DNA of 63,962 nucleotides, counting the filler, from Octopus bimaculoides (taxonomy: Eukaryota), in assembly GCF_001194135.2 (NCBI RefSeq). It is 5 parts of 4 records of this genome, joined end to end, with 100 filler letters (N's around TTAATTAATTAA, not from the genome) between each part and the next. Parts side by side here need not be neighbours in the genome. Positions count along the whole stretch, not along the records: positions 1 to 15,206 come from NC_069004.1; 4 more parts are not named here. One strand, 5' to 3'. The position numbers were made by a program, and so were the translations under genes. Positions 1-11,902 of the stretch are shown piece after piece (within the stretch, counting starts at the first letter, position 1; each line of letters starts with the position of its first letter). The notes beneath the pieces were generated by a model. That model was given only the letters and a program-made list of their open reading frames with translations. It was not told the origin of the DNA and did no database searches.

Positions 1-36
<36 letters not shown>

Positions 37-148
37 CTCACACACACACACACACATGTACTCACACACACATGCACTCACACACACACACATTGCTCTC
101 ACATTTTCCGCAATCTTAAGACGTCTCACGTATCTTGTCTCACGCCAG

Positions 149-456
149 GAACGAGAGGCCGCTTACGAAGCCGAACAAGAGAGAATCAAACGCGAGAAAG
201 ACATTGAAATCAATAAAATGCGACGCCAGCAGGAGCGGGAAATCGATTCGAAGGCTGAAAAGCAAGCATTAATGGCCAGACGCGAAATGGCACGTCTGGA
301 AAAAGAATGGCGACGCAAGGAACTGGAAGACGCGAGGAAGAAAGCGGAAAGCGACGCCGAACTGATCGAATCCAGAATACAACAGCGGAAAAACAAAGAA
401 AACAATATGGCGCTGCAAGTAGCAACAGATCGGATGGAATTCGAGAGTATTCTGAA
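149..456 (+). CDS. CFAP45: CFAP45/CCDC19 internal exon (coiled-coil, TPH domain)
   Basis: Acceptor ...ctcacgccAG (147-148) and donor GTgagt (457). Translates EREAAYEAEQERIKREKDIEINKMRRQQERE...EKEWRRKELEDARKKAESDAELIESRIQQ...ALQVATDRMEFESILK, colinear with the remembered human CFAP45 segment EFEAEQERIRREKEKEIARLRAMQEK...DREWRRKEKENARKKMETEAELRKSRLEQ...AVQVQRDRDEFERILR. Confidence 0.92.
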
Positions 457-477
457 GTGAGTAGATGACTACTAGTG

Positions 478-650
478 CTAGTGTTGTTGTTGTTGTAGTC
501 CTTCTTCTTCTTCTTCTTCTTCTTCTTTTTCTGTTTCTTCTTTATTTTCTTCTTCTTCTTCTTCTTCTTCTTCTTCTTCTTCTTTATTTTCTTCTTCTTC
601 TTCTTCTTCTTCTTCTTCTTCTTCTCCTTCTCCTCCTCCTCCTCCTCCTC
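478..650. repeat. (TTG)/(TTC)/(CTC)n compound trinucleotide microsatellite in a CFAP45 intron
   Basis: Directly visible. Confidence 0.95.
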
Positions 651-801
651 CACATATGCACGAATATGTGTATACGTCTTTAATGTGTGTACACACACAC
701 GCACACACACATGCACATACATACATACATACATACATACATGCATGGATGCATGCATGCGTACGTACGTACGTACATAAGTCTTCGCTTTTCTCGAACA
801 G

Positions 802-1026
802 AGCGCAGAGGGCCGCCATGTTAAAGGAGAAGAAAGAGGAAGAAGCCGCATATGCGCGCGCACGTGAACTGATCAAGGACGTGCAAGCTCAGGTAAGAGA
901 GAAAGAAAAAGAAAAAATCGAGCTGAGAAAATTGAACTTTCAAGAAGGCAAACGCTTGAAGGAAGAACTTTACAATCACAAATTGAAAATCAAGAATTGC
1001 AAAGAGAAGAAGCTGGAAGAAATAGC
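802..1026 (+). CDS. CFAP45: CFAP45 penultimate exon
   Basis: Acceptor ttttctcgaacAG (800-801) and donor GTaagg (1027). Phase 2 matches the upstream exon. AQRAAMLKEKKEEE...AQVREKEKEKIELRKLNFQEGKRLKEELYNHKLKIKNCKEKKLEEI matches the remembered AQREQIEKERLEEE...RQVREN...FEEGRRLKEE...KKLEEL. Confidence 0.92.
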
Positions 1027-1039
1027 GTAAGGACTTTTG

Positions 1040-1260
1040 CTTATTTACTTGCTTCAGTCATTGGATTGCGACCATACTGGAGCACCGCCTTTAAGGTCGG
1101 TTTAGTCGAAGAAATTGATCTTAGTAACTGTCTGCCTTGTTTACTATGTAGTCTTGTACCAATTCCAGCGTTGTCCTTTACCGAATCGCTAAGTTACGAG
1201 TACGCAAACAAACCAACACCAGCTGTCAAGCGGTGGGATGAGGTGAAAGACACACACACA
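1040..1260 (-). mobile_element. SINE family A, degenerate 3' half
   Basis: cttcagtcattggattgcgaccatactggagcaccgcc...gctaagttac...gtcaagcg is the reverse complement of the family A tail seen at 15307-15530 and 60375-60722. Confidence 0.75.
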
Positions 1261-1852
1261 CACACACACACACATACACACACACACGCACGCACACACA
1301 CATATACAACCCTTCCACCCATACACACACATACCCATAAACACACGCACATATTTCAACATAGGCACACATACACTTTCCACATACACACACAAACACA
1401 CACATACACCTTTCCACATGCACGCCCACACACGCACGCACACAAACACACCCATACAAACACATACACCCTTCCATCTCTCCACCCCACCCCCAAACAT
1501 AAACACACCCATCCATAAACACGCATACACACATTTCGACATAGACACACACACACACACACACACACCNNNNNNNNNNNNNNNNNNNNNNNNNNNNNNN
1601 NNNNNNNNNNNNNNNNNNNNNNNNNNNNNNNNNNNNNNNNNNNNNNNNNNNNNNNNNNNNNNNNNNNNNNNNNNNNNNNNNNNNNNNNNNNNNNNNNNNN
1701 NNNNNNNNNNNNNNNNNNNNNNNNNNNNNNNNNNNNNNNNNNNNNNNNNNNNNNNNNNNNNNNNNNNNNNNNNNNNNNNNNNNNNNNNNNNNNNNNNNNN
1801 NNNNNNNNNNNNNNNNNNNNNNNNNNNNNNNNNNNNNNNNNNNNNNNNNNNN

Positions 1853-1985
1853 AACCAACATCCCGAGCAGATATTTAAACAAAATGAAACACAACCTGAA
1901 CGAAACGAACAAGGAATTGGAGACGATGCGAAGCATCATGGAAGGCACGTGGAAAAAGAACATTCCGAAGCCCCCCTTCGTCTAG
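1853..1985 (+). CDS. CFAP45: CFAP45 terminal exon (acceptor hidden in gap)
   Basis: Starting at the first base after the gap, phase 2 completes GC+A=Ala and reads TNIPSRYLNKMKHNLNETNKELETMRSIMEGTWKKNIPKPPFV-TAG. TNIPSRY corresponds to TGLPEKY of CFAP45. AATAAA follows at 2032. Confidence 0.75.
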
Positions 1986-2031
1986 CAAATATACAACGCA
2001 ACCAGCATCACTATTGTTAATATTATTATTT

Positions 2032-2037
2032 AATAAA
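2032..2037 (+). terminator. Candidate polyadenylation signal of CFAP45
   Basis: AATAAA 46 nt after the TAG at 1983-1985, in AT-rich sequence. Confidence 0.5.
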
Positions 2038-2086
2038 TAATTTATATATTATTCATATTGTATCTATCTATCTATCTGTCTATCTG

Positions 2087-2129
<43 letters not shown>

Positions 2130-2386
2130 CTATCTATCCATCTATCTATCCATTTGTCTGTCTGTCTGTCTGTCGGTCGGTCTGTCTGTCTGTCTGCCGG
2201 CTTACCTGCCTGCCTGCCTGTCTGTCTGCCTCTCTCTGTCAGTCTGTCTGTCTGTCTGTCTATCTATCTGTGTGTATGTATGTATATATGTATGTATGTT
2301 ATATCTATACGTATGCACGTGCGTACGTACGTGTACTTGTATGTATATTATATATATATCTACGTAGGTATGTGCGTATGTAGTAC

Positions 2387-2417
<31 letters not shown>

Positions 2418-2529
2418 TGTATGTATGTATGTCATTATTCAGTTTTGTTTTGTACATTGAAATTAATATTTCACCTGAAAAGGACAAAAAACTTCTGGAA
2501 TGTATGTATGTACGTACGTACGTACGTAC

Positions 2530-2715
2530 GTATCCTCCAACCATGGTGAAATAACTGAAACATTAGTGGTTTGCAAACAAAGAATCTGGTTATGTTTGTT
2601 CTTTATTGTGTTATAATACTCCCTTATTGCTGCCGACGTCAAGGCTACAACGAACCAATGATTGGGCACTAGGGAAAACCTCCAACCATCGAGCTTAATG
2701 TTCGGTTCATATCCA
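2530..2715 (-). other. Candidate unassigned coding exon (phase 2-2, 186 nt)
   Basis: Acceptor tatttcatattgcAG, donor GTacgt, open frame GYEPNIKLDGWRFSLVPNHWFVVALTSAAIREYYNTIKNKHNQILCLQTTNVSVISPWLEDT. No family recognised. Confidence 0.25.
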
Positions 2716-4844
2716 CTGCAATATGAAATACACTGAACATATATACACACGCATACTTAAGTGCATATATATATATATATATATACACACGCATTAGTGT
2801 CATTATTAATATCAATATGTATGAATTATANNNNNNNNNNNNNNNNNNNNNNNNNNNNNNNNNNNNNNNNNNNNNNNNNNNNNNNNNNNNNNNNNNNNNN
2901 NNNNNNNNNNNNNNNNNNNNNNNNNNNNNNNNNNNNNNNNNNNNNNNNNNNNNNNNNNNNNNNNNNNNNNNNNNNNNNNNNNNNNNNNNNNNNNNNNNNN
3001 NNNNNNNNNNNNNNNNNNNNNNNNNNNNNNNNNNNNNNNNNNNNNNNNNNNNNNNNNNNNNNNNNNNNNNNNNNNNNNNNNNNNNNNNNNNNNNNNNNNN
3101 NNNNNNNNNNNNNNNNNNNNNNNNNNNNNNNNNNNNNNNNNNNNNNNNNNNNNNNNNNNNNNNNNNNNNNNNNNNNNNNNNNNNNNNNNNNNNNNNNNNN
3201 NNNNNNNNNNNNNNNNNNNNNNNNNNNNNNNNNNNNNNNNNNNNNNNNNNNNNNNNNNNNNNNNNNNNNNNNNNNNNNNNNNNNNNNNNNNNNNNNNNNN
3301 NNNNNNNNNNNNNNNNNNNNNNNNNNNNNNNNNNNNNNNNNNNNNNNNNNNNNNNNNNNNNNNNNNNNNNNNNNNNNNNNNNNNNNNNNNNNNNNNNNNN
3401 NNNNNNNNNNNNNNNNNNNNNNNNNNNNNNNNNNNNNNNNNNNNNNNNNNNNNNNNNNNNNNNNNNNNNNNNNNNNNNNNNNNNNNNNNNNNNNNNNNNN
3501 NNNNNNNNNNNNNNNNNNNNNNNNNNNNNNNNNNNNNNNNNNNNNNNNNNNNNNNNNNNNNNNNNNNNNNNNNNNNNNNNNNNNNNNNNNNNNNNNNNNN
3601 NNNNNNNNNNNNNNNNNNNNNNNNNNNNNNNNNNNNNNNNNNNNNNNNNNNNNNNNNNNNNNNNNNNNNNNNNNNNNNNNNNNNNNNNNNNNNNNNNNNN
3701 NNNNNNNNNNNNNNNNNNNNNNNNNNNNNNNNNNNNNNNNNNNNNNNNNNNNNNNNNNNNNNNNNNNNNNNNNNCACACGCACATACAAACATACACACA
3801 CATATTTACACGAGTGGACAAACGAAAGTGAGACACAACACATTTGTTTTACGCATGTTTTTAAATAATGGATTGACTCGGCTCCATGTTTACATACATA
3901 CACACACACACACACACATACAAACATACATGCATACATACATACATACATACATACTTTCGTGCTGGCAGATCCGTTAGGACGTCGAGTATAACGTTTA
4001 GATGCATGTCGTCCGTTTTTTGCGTTCTAATTTCAAATTCCAACAGTGACAACATGCATATTATTATCTATACATATAAATTTGACATGGGCGATTCTTT
4101 CTTGTCGTGGGATTCACGGTCAAACACCTGGGTGGAATTGCGTGAAATTGTGTAGAATTATCCAGTGGTGTTGCTGGGTTTTGTATTTTTTCATAACTCC
4201 CATGGTTACCGAGATAATCTACTATAATAATACTCATGTGTTTATGAATGAGAAAGGAAGGGGTGATAGACGAATAAGGAAGGAAGGGGTAATGTCATAC
4301 TTGGTAGTGGGATGATGAAAATTGTACGCTGAAGAAAATAACTCTTCGAAACTCTTAGTTTTAGAATGGTGGCAGCTGATGAAGGAACTGTTCTCTATGT
4401 GGCCTGTGTATTTTCTGTGCTGTTTATCATTTTGTCTACGTGTTGTTTGCAATGTCCTGTACCCAGATATGCATCTATATATACATGTAGATGTAGGTAT
4501 GCACATACTTGTACATATATATGCATATACTCATTTATTATTTGTTTCATACACACACACACACACACACACACAGGTAACTAACTAGACATTAACTGCT
4601 CTTGCATCGAATCAATGCAAGGGTGACAACTCTATGTTGCCTATGTAAATGAAGTATGGAGGACACGTACATACGTACTAATATTCATCTGAAGCGGATT
4701 ATCACATACAGCCTGCAAAAGATGTTGTTATCGTCGCCTTATCCTTGAGGTAATCATGGCATTTTTTTGCGTTATCGTCATAGTCAGTTCTATGAAGTTA
4801 TTCCTAAGGAAATTCCAATTGAAATAATACATGTTTATTCTACA

Positions 4845-5206
4845 AAGGTGTTCGGTTCTCCCATTTGAGAAATATTTGTACCTTAGTACATCCAAAAAAC
4901 AGACAAAAAGCCTCGTATTCTATTGGTTACGACGACGAGTGTCCCAGTTTATTCGATCAATGGAACAGCCTGCTCGTGAAATCAACCTTGCAAGTGGTTG
5001 AGCACTCCACAGACACGCGTAGCCCATTACATACTTCTCAGGGAGATTCAGCATGACACCAGAATGTGACAAGGTCGGCCCCTTTGAAATACAGGTACTA
5101 CTCATTTTTGCCAGCTGAATGGACTGGAGCCATGTGGAATAAAGTGTCTTGCTCAAGGACACAATGCAGCGCCGGGTATCGAACTTACGATCTTCCGATC
5201 CTGAGC
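4845..5206 (-). mobile_element. tRNA-type SINE family B with V/Meta-like core
   Basis: Minus strand reads gctcaggatcggaagatcgtaaGTTCGATACCcggc (B-box), then tgtgtccttgagcaagacacttta, a motif I associate with conserved-core SINEs. Confidence 0.65.
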
Positions 5207-5339
5207 TATATATATATAGATAAACATAGCTTACCATTTGTAGTAATTATGCTAGTTAAAATAATGATTGTGATAATTTATGATATTATGTAATTAATAC
5301 TAATAAATATAATTTCAAATTTTTATCACAAGGACAGCT

Positions 5340-5491
5340 TAGGGGAGGGGAATGACTTATACCCCTCTTATTTAATCGACAACGAAAAGATAAGTCGAAC
5401 TCGGCGGAATTTGAACTCAGAACGTAGCGGCAGACGAAATACCGTTAAGTATTTCGCTCAGCGTGCTGACGATTCTGCCAGCTCGCCGCCC
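5340..5491 (-). mobile_element. tRNA-type SINE family C (5' part)
   Basis: ctcggcggaatttgaactcagaacgtagcggcagacgaaataccg...gattctgccagctcgccgcc, same as copies at 33578, 35676 and 63365-63793. A-box (TGGCAGAATCG) and B-box (GAGTTCAAATTCC) on the minus strand. Confidence 0.8.
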
Positions 5492-6419
5492 CAAAATATA
5501 ATTGTAATAATAACAATAATAATATTAATTGAGGCTATAAACTCAAACATAAATGAATTACCTCTGAATAAATAATGTACTCCATACAGTGCAATGTAAA
5601 CAAAGCTACTACAATTGATTGTGATATGAAAGGAGATTTTATAAACCACGGTTCAACTGTGATAACGGCAGAGGTGGATTATGAGACCAGAATTCAGTTT
5701 GCTCGAAAAAGTAACGCCACCACCTTCATCTGAATACCAAAGTTGGAAGCTTGTTCGAATGAGTTCACTTTCAAAATGTCGTAAGTGATGGAGCCTAGAT
5801 GAAATTATAGCGATGCATAATTGCATACAGAGCAATGTGCAGTTGGTGCAGTAGAAACATATGTTGGTTATTGTTATATACGCTGTAGAAAACATTTTTA
5901 TAAAAAGATTTGGATGTGAATAAATCTCCATCCTCCTCTTTGTTTTCAATAACACACACACACAAATATATATATATATTTGATAATCTATGAGGATTAC
6001 TTATTACAGTTCACGAAGTGTAAAGGTGATTTAAAAAACAGAAATTTTGAAATGTTATTAAATCATTTATGAGGAAGTTACTAACCTTTTTTGGGAAGAA
6101 GTTTTTCTTAATATGTGAGCGCTTTCGTTAAACCTTTCTAAACACACGTGCTCTTAAAAAGGAAGTTATTATTTTTGTGGTAGTTTATTTCCGGTTTATT
6201 TTTGGACTTCTGGTTTTAGTCATAAATATTCTTTTACCATTGATTATTATCTGGAATGTTGGCTATTTTCGGTTTAATTTCGCATTTAGAATTCTTATAA
6301 AGTATACAACTTTTGCATGTATATATATATATATATATATATTTATATTATATATAGATAGATACACACATACATGTATATATATACAAGCATATATGTA
6401 TGTATATATAATATATTCT

Positions 6420-6712
6420 TTACTCTTTTACTTGTTTCAGTCATTTGACTGCGGCCATGCTCGAGCACAGCCTTTTAGTCGAGCAAATCGACCCCAGGAC
6501 TTGTTCTTTGGAAGCCTAGCACTTATTCTATTAGTCTCTTTTGCCGAACCGCTAAGTTACGGGGACGTAAACACATCAGCATCGGTTGTCAAGCGATGTT
6601 GGGAGATAAACACAGACACACAAACATATATATATATATATTCGACAGGATTCATTAAGTTTTCGCCTACCAAATCCACTTACAAGGCTGTGGTCGGCCT
6701 GTGGCTATACTA
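6420..6712 (-). mobile_element. SINE family A
   Basis: cttgtttcagtcatttgactgcggccatgctcgagcac...ccgaaccgctaagttacggggacgtaaacac...ctaccaaatccacttacaaggc, reverse complement of the family A consensus. Confidence 0.85.
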
Positions 6713-8354
6713 AAAGATATATATATATATATATTTATATTATATATAATATATATATATATATAATATTTATTTATAATATATATATATATAATATATA
6801 TATAGTGTATATATATATATGCGAAAATTACATTTATCTCTAAATAGATTCAGAACGAAAATTTCTTGTTCGGACCCTTTCGTTTGCGCTCGTTGGCAAC
6901 AGCCCACCATATCATTAGTATCAATTAATTGTTTATTTCAACGAAGCTTGAATTTGGTTGCTCTACTTTACATACCTACATAACATGGGGAACAGAAGAC
7001 GATGCCACGTGGTCACTCACGGCTTGCGAATCTTTGCAGTTAAGCAGGATTAAAATTTTGTTTTGTGCCAGAGCTTTTGGTCACGTCATAAAAGTGAACT
7101 TACTCAAAAGTGGGGGGACAAAAAAAAAATAATAAAATATCACATTACTTGATTCGCTGATGAAGGAATACAAATCTGAATGAATTCTAGAAACTAGATG
7201 TATTGATCCAAAGGTATGATATAATTATAATTGGCTTCGATATTCGGCTTTTTAAGATTGTTCTTACCTGTATGAGACTTCTGCATGCCTTTCAAATCTG
7301 ATACATTTGTAATAATACCACTTATGGTGGTTTTTACTTTATCCGTTGCAAAATCTATTATGTACATCGAGATATGTTTTCATATTTGCGTCATGAAGAT
7401 AACATTTACATATTGTACATGCGCATACACACTGGCAAACATGTACACGTGCATATGTATACATACGTACGTAAATATAAATATATATATGTATACATGC
7501 ATATATATATATGTATGTATATATGTATATACATATGTGTGTATATATAAGTATATATATATATATATATATATACACGTACACTCACACATATACACAG
7601 ACATACATAGAGATACTCACAGACACATCCATATAAAAGAAATAATGAAACCATAACAACTTCTCAATGTATTTCTTATGTAACATATTTTTTTCTGTTC
7701 AATTTTCTTTTCTTTTTCTTCTTTCTTTTTTTTAAGAATAAAATAATTAAACAAAACAATTAAAAAAATATTTTAAAATATAACAAACAACAAAATTGAA
7801 AACTTTTAAAAAAAAACATCTTCTTTTGGTCCGGCACAAAAGCCGGTATAATGTTTTAATACTAGAGTTGGTTGTGGATGGGATATGTTAATTAGTTGAT
7901 TTGGAGTCTTTCATTCATTTCTGAGCAGTATTAGATTAGTGATTTACGCGAAGTGAGAAAGTTTCTAGCAAGGATCGAAACCGTGTATCGAGTAATCGTC
8001 GTACTGGAAACATACACACCTCTTACATCATACTGGAGCCTATTAATTCTCGGCTCAAATAACTCTTAATGTACATTTTTCTTTCTGTCCTTTTTTGTTA
8101 TATTTTGAGGGCGGGTAGTGAGGCTGATTGTAGCAGGTGTTCGAATACAATGGTCGTAAAAATTGTTCAAAGGACAGAGAAGGGCAGGAGGAAGAAACGG
8201 ATGGATGTTGATGTTGTGATACTCATACCTTCGCAAGGTCATTCTGTCTGTAGTTGTATAAGGAATTAACTGTAGCAATTAGTTATAAGTGGTGAATGAA
8301 AACCACATTGCGTTTTTTGGTTAGGCCATGAATCAATGTGTTTTTTTTTCTCCC

Positions 8355-9900
8355 TAAATGACCAGAAACTGATTCGAGACAAAGTAATCTTTAGTTAAGC
8401 AGAGATTGAGAAAGGAGAGAGAGAATTTTGTCTTTGGTTAACCAGAAATTTTGCAAGGAAGGGGCATTTCACCTCTGGTTTACCTGAGATTGATTAGGAA
8501 GAGCCGTTTCATATCTGGTTAACCAAAGATTGACATGGAAGAGAGATTTCGCCTTTTTTCTGATTTACCTGAGAAGGAAGAAGGGCAAGGAAGAACTTTC
8601 AAATCTGGTTGACTAGAAATTCATAAGGAAGAGAGATTTCGCTTATCTCTGTTTTACCTGAGATCGACAGAGAGGAGAAGTTTTACCTCCAGTTAAACAT
8701 GGTCGAAGTGGAGGAGTGGTTTAACTTCTGGCTTACTATATACTGATATGGATAAGAAATATATTCTCTGGTTACGCACGGTCTGAACAGGGATAATGGT
8801 TTTTACTTTTGGCTGACCAGAAACAGACATAGAAGAGAGATATTTTAATCTCTCTTTGACTTGAAATTTAGACAAATTTCATCTCTATTGGATTTCGGTT
8901 TGACAAGCAAATTAAATTTTATAATTGGATGACTGGAAATTGGTATGGAAAAGGAATTTTACTATGGTTGATCTCAAGTCGGACAATAGTCGACGTTTTA
9001 TGTCTGGAGACCAGAGTTTTGACAAGGAAGATATATTTGGAAAAGAGATTTCTTCTCTGGTTGATCTGAAAACAAACAGCAACAGAGGTTTTACGTCAGG
9101 TGGTCAGAGTTTGACAGGGAATTTTCAACAAGGGATTTCGCCTCTGGTTGACCAGAGAATGTGAGATGGAAGAGAGATTTAACCTCTGGTTAATCAAAGG
9201 CTGAAGACGACTAGCGATTTTACCTCTGGCTGACCAATGACAAGCAAGGAAGAGGGAGATATAACTTCTGGTTAAATGGGTTGGACAAGCGTAGCGATTT
9301 TACCTCTGGCTGACCAGAGAATAACAAAGAATAGAGGGATACAACTTGTAGTTAAACTGACTGACCATAGAAGATAGATACATGGAAAAGAGATATTTTG
9401 TCTCTGGTGAACCTGATATTGACAAAGAAGAAATCCATCAACTCTGCTTGGTCTTGGATTCACATAGAAATTATATTTATATATCTGAGTGATTAAATAT
9501 TAATATGGAGAGAGATTTCTCCTGTGATTGATCTGAAGTTGGATGAGAGCAGAGGTTTTAAGCCTGGTGGTCAGAGTTAGACAAAGAGATCTCAACTAAA
9601 GGTTTTATTTCTAGTTGACCAGAGAGTGAGATGGAAGAGAGATATTTAACCACTGGCTAATCACAGGTGGAAGAGGAGCAGTGATTTTTACCCCTATTTC
9701 ATCAGAGATTGGCATGGAAGAAACTGTTTGCTTCAGGCTCCTCAGAAATTGGCAAGGAAGAAATATATGTTATATCTCTGACTACAGACTGACCAGTGGC
9801 TACAGGGAAGAAAGACGTTTTTTTATTTTTTAACCTCTAGTTGAACACAATTTCACCAAAAGAAGATATTTTTCCATTTTACCTCTGAGAATTTTTACCT
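8355..9900. repeat. Degenerate ~40-bp minisatellite with internal palindrome
   Basis: Recurrent unit ~ctctggttgaccagagattgacaaggaagagagatttcac. The core recurs at 8434, 8475 and 8515 (41/40-bp spacing). Higher-order similarity between ~9040-9230 and ~9510-9700. Confidence 0.85.
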
Positions 9901-10623
9901 TGCCCGCCACATCAAAAAAGTAAAAAAACTCAAAAATTACTATTAAAAAAAAATCTTTTTTGTTTTAAAATTTAAAATAAAATTATCAAAAACAATCAAA
10001 CAAACAACAAAAACGAGTATAAAAAACAAACGAAACCTCTCTTTCATCCCTTCATTCTTTCTTTTTCATGCTTCATATTGATAACATACATACACACATA
10101 CATACACATACACACATACACGTATATATATGTATTTATATACATATACATANNNNNNNNNNTATATACATATATACACACACATATATATATATATAAA
10201 CATGTATATACATATACATACTCCTATATACATATATATATATATACATATATATATATACATACATATATATATATATACATATATACACACACATATA
10301 TATATATATAAACATGTATATACATATACATACATATATAGATATATACATATAAATATATGCTGAATTTTTTTTCTTACAACTTTCACCTTTCAGCCAT
10401 TTTCATCATCATCCTCATCATCTTTTTTTTCTTTTTTGCTTTAAAATTTTACTAATAACTTCATTTCCGTTTCCATATTTTTTTGTTTTAAAAGTATTTT
10501 TCCGGATAATTATATTTTTTTTTAAAGAATTTTTGTTTGTATATTTGTATACTTGTATATTTTGTTTTTATAAATTTCTTGTTTCTCTTTTCTTTTGTTC
10601 GTTTTGTTTATTACATATTGATA

Positions 10624-11215
10624 TCATACGTCTACCGGGTTATAATTTTGTATATCGTTTTCAAGTATATGTACACTATAACGTTTTGGTATAACTAAAT
10701 TTTCTGAATAAACGTCACTGTTTCGCTGGTGGTGGTCACCGCCAACACCAACAGCGTCTTTATTAGGTGGCGACGGCTGCGGCGGCGAATATGTATTTGT
10801 ATTGTTTCCCTCCAAACCCGATCCCCCCCGACCCGTCCTTGCTCCAGATACCACCCCTGGCCCCGAACCTGCCCCTCCTGTCACTGCCAACGCCGCTGTC
10901 GTCGTCGTCGTCGTTGTCCGTGTTGGTGCTTCTGTTGGGGCTGACGATGTTAATGGTTTGTAAAAACGATCGGCGAGAAAGAGGCTGACAATGGAAACGA
11001 GGCGCAGGGTAAGGACTAGCACGATGAGGTTGGCAGCTAGTCCTATGTCGTTGTAAATCCAACAGGAAGAATCTCCTTCGCATGTTGACTGCCACACTGA
11101 ACATGCCCTGTCGATGATTGTTCCAATGAGAAGTGGGCCCGGCAAACTACCAAGCATGCGAACGAGGAAAGCATTAAGTCCTAAAGCAAAAGCTCTTTGG
11201 TCTTGATCTGTGCAT
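10624..11215 (-). CDS. SLCO: SLCO/OATP organic anion transporter, terminal exon (TM11-TM12 and cytoplasmic tail)
   Basis: Acceptor tttctgttgttttccAG. RCTDQDQRAFALGLNAFLVRMLGSLPGPLLIGTIIDRACSVWQSTCEGDSSCWIYN is the OATP signature region. TGA at 10624-10626. Confidence 0.95.
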
Positions 11216-11852
11216 CTGGAAAACAACAGAAAAATAATGATATGAAAACATGTGCTGGGAGAAGAGCGCTGTGGCTTGCTTGAAGCATTGTGGTACAGAA
11301 GTAAAATAACAGATAATGAAAGCGGAGAGATTCTTATAAAGCGAAAAGTGTATGTTAAGCAATCTTTATATTTCGAGCACAAAGTCCCATCATCGGAAGT
11401 GAACGGCTTAAAGAAATTTAAGTCTATACAGAAACAGCCAGGCACTGTGCTCGCTTCGTCCGTTTAGAGGTTGTGTTGGCAACGAGCGAATGTAGTAGCA
11501 GTAGTGGTAATAACCCCTTCCCACAAATTGGTGCTGCCAGTGGACGTAGAGGTCATAGTGGGGCGGTGGCGGATGGCTAGCTGTATGTTTGCAGCAGTAG
11601 TAACGAATGCAAGGAAGCTTACTCAATACATGTAATAGAGTATACTCCATTCGTTGGAAACCGATGACTCTCCGCCAGCGCTACTTGGTGTTCTTGATGT
11701 ATACGTATTCTTGAACATGAACCACAGAAAAATGAGTAAAACGGAGTTATGATTGAATGTATCATCAATATATCTCGATATAATAGATTCTGGGGATCAA
11801 TATGATTGATTAAATCGGCTCAAAAGTCGGTACTCCAGCCTGGGCGCAGTCT

Positions 11853-11902
11853 AATATTCTTTCAATATTTTACTGGTGTCAGTAAAATACTGAAAGAATA
11901 TT
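11853..11902. repeat. 23-bp inverted repeat with 4-nt loop
   Basis: aatattctttcaatattttactg-gtgt-cagtaaaatactgaaagaatatt, with one mismatch (11865/11890). Confidence 0.9.

Noticed and set aside
1189-1568. His/Thr-, Cys/Val-, Tyr/Ile-, poly-L/K/E/N ORFs here and throughout
   Set aside because: Translations of (CA)n, (TA)n, (TACA)n, (TTC)n and (AAC)n microsatellites.
2669-3980. Long ORFs made mostly of X (also around 13017, 20231, 35221, 36446, 39075, 52369, 56034, 58753)
   Set aside because: They are open only because N-gaps contain no stop codons.
4366-4470. Plus-strand MVAADEGTVLYVACVFSVLFIILSTCC as a small membrane protein
   Set aside because: No splice or promoter support. Hydrophobicity is explained by T-rich composition and the opposite-strand frame.
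7155-7200. CTGATGAAGGAAT...ATTCTAGAAAC hammerhead-like string
   Set aside because: Mismatch at the stem II closing position, and no convincing stem I or NUH site.
8355-9900. CRISPR-like reading of the palindromic 40-bp array
   Set aside because: Eukaryotic context, no invariant repeat with unique spacers (whole units are degenerate copies), and no cas genes.
11216-11700. Open frames upstream of the SLCO terminal exon acceptor as an additional SLCO exon
   Set aside because: The exon at 12533-12723 already joins 11215 in phase with correct OATP sequence, and the translations here are not OATP-like.
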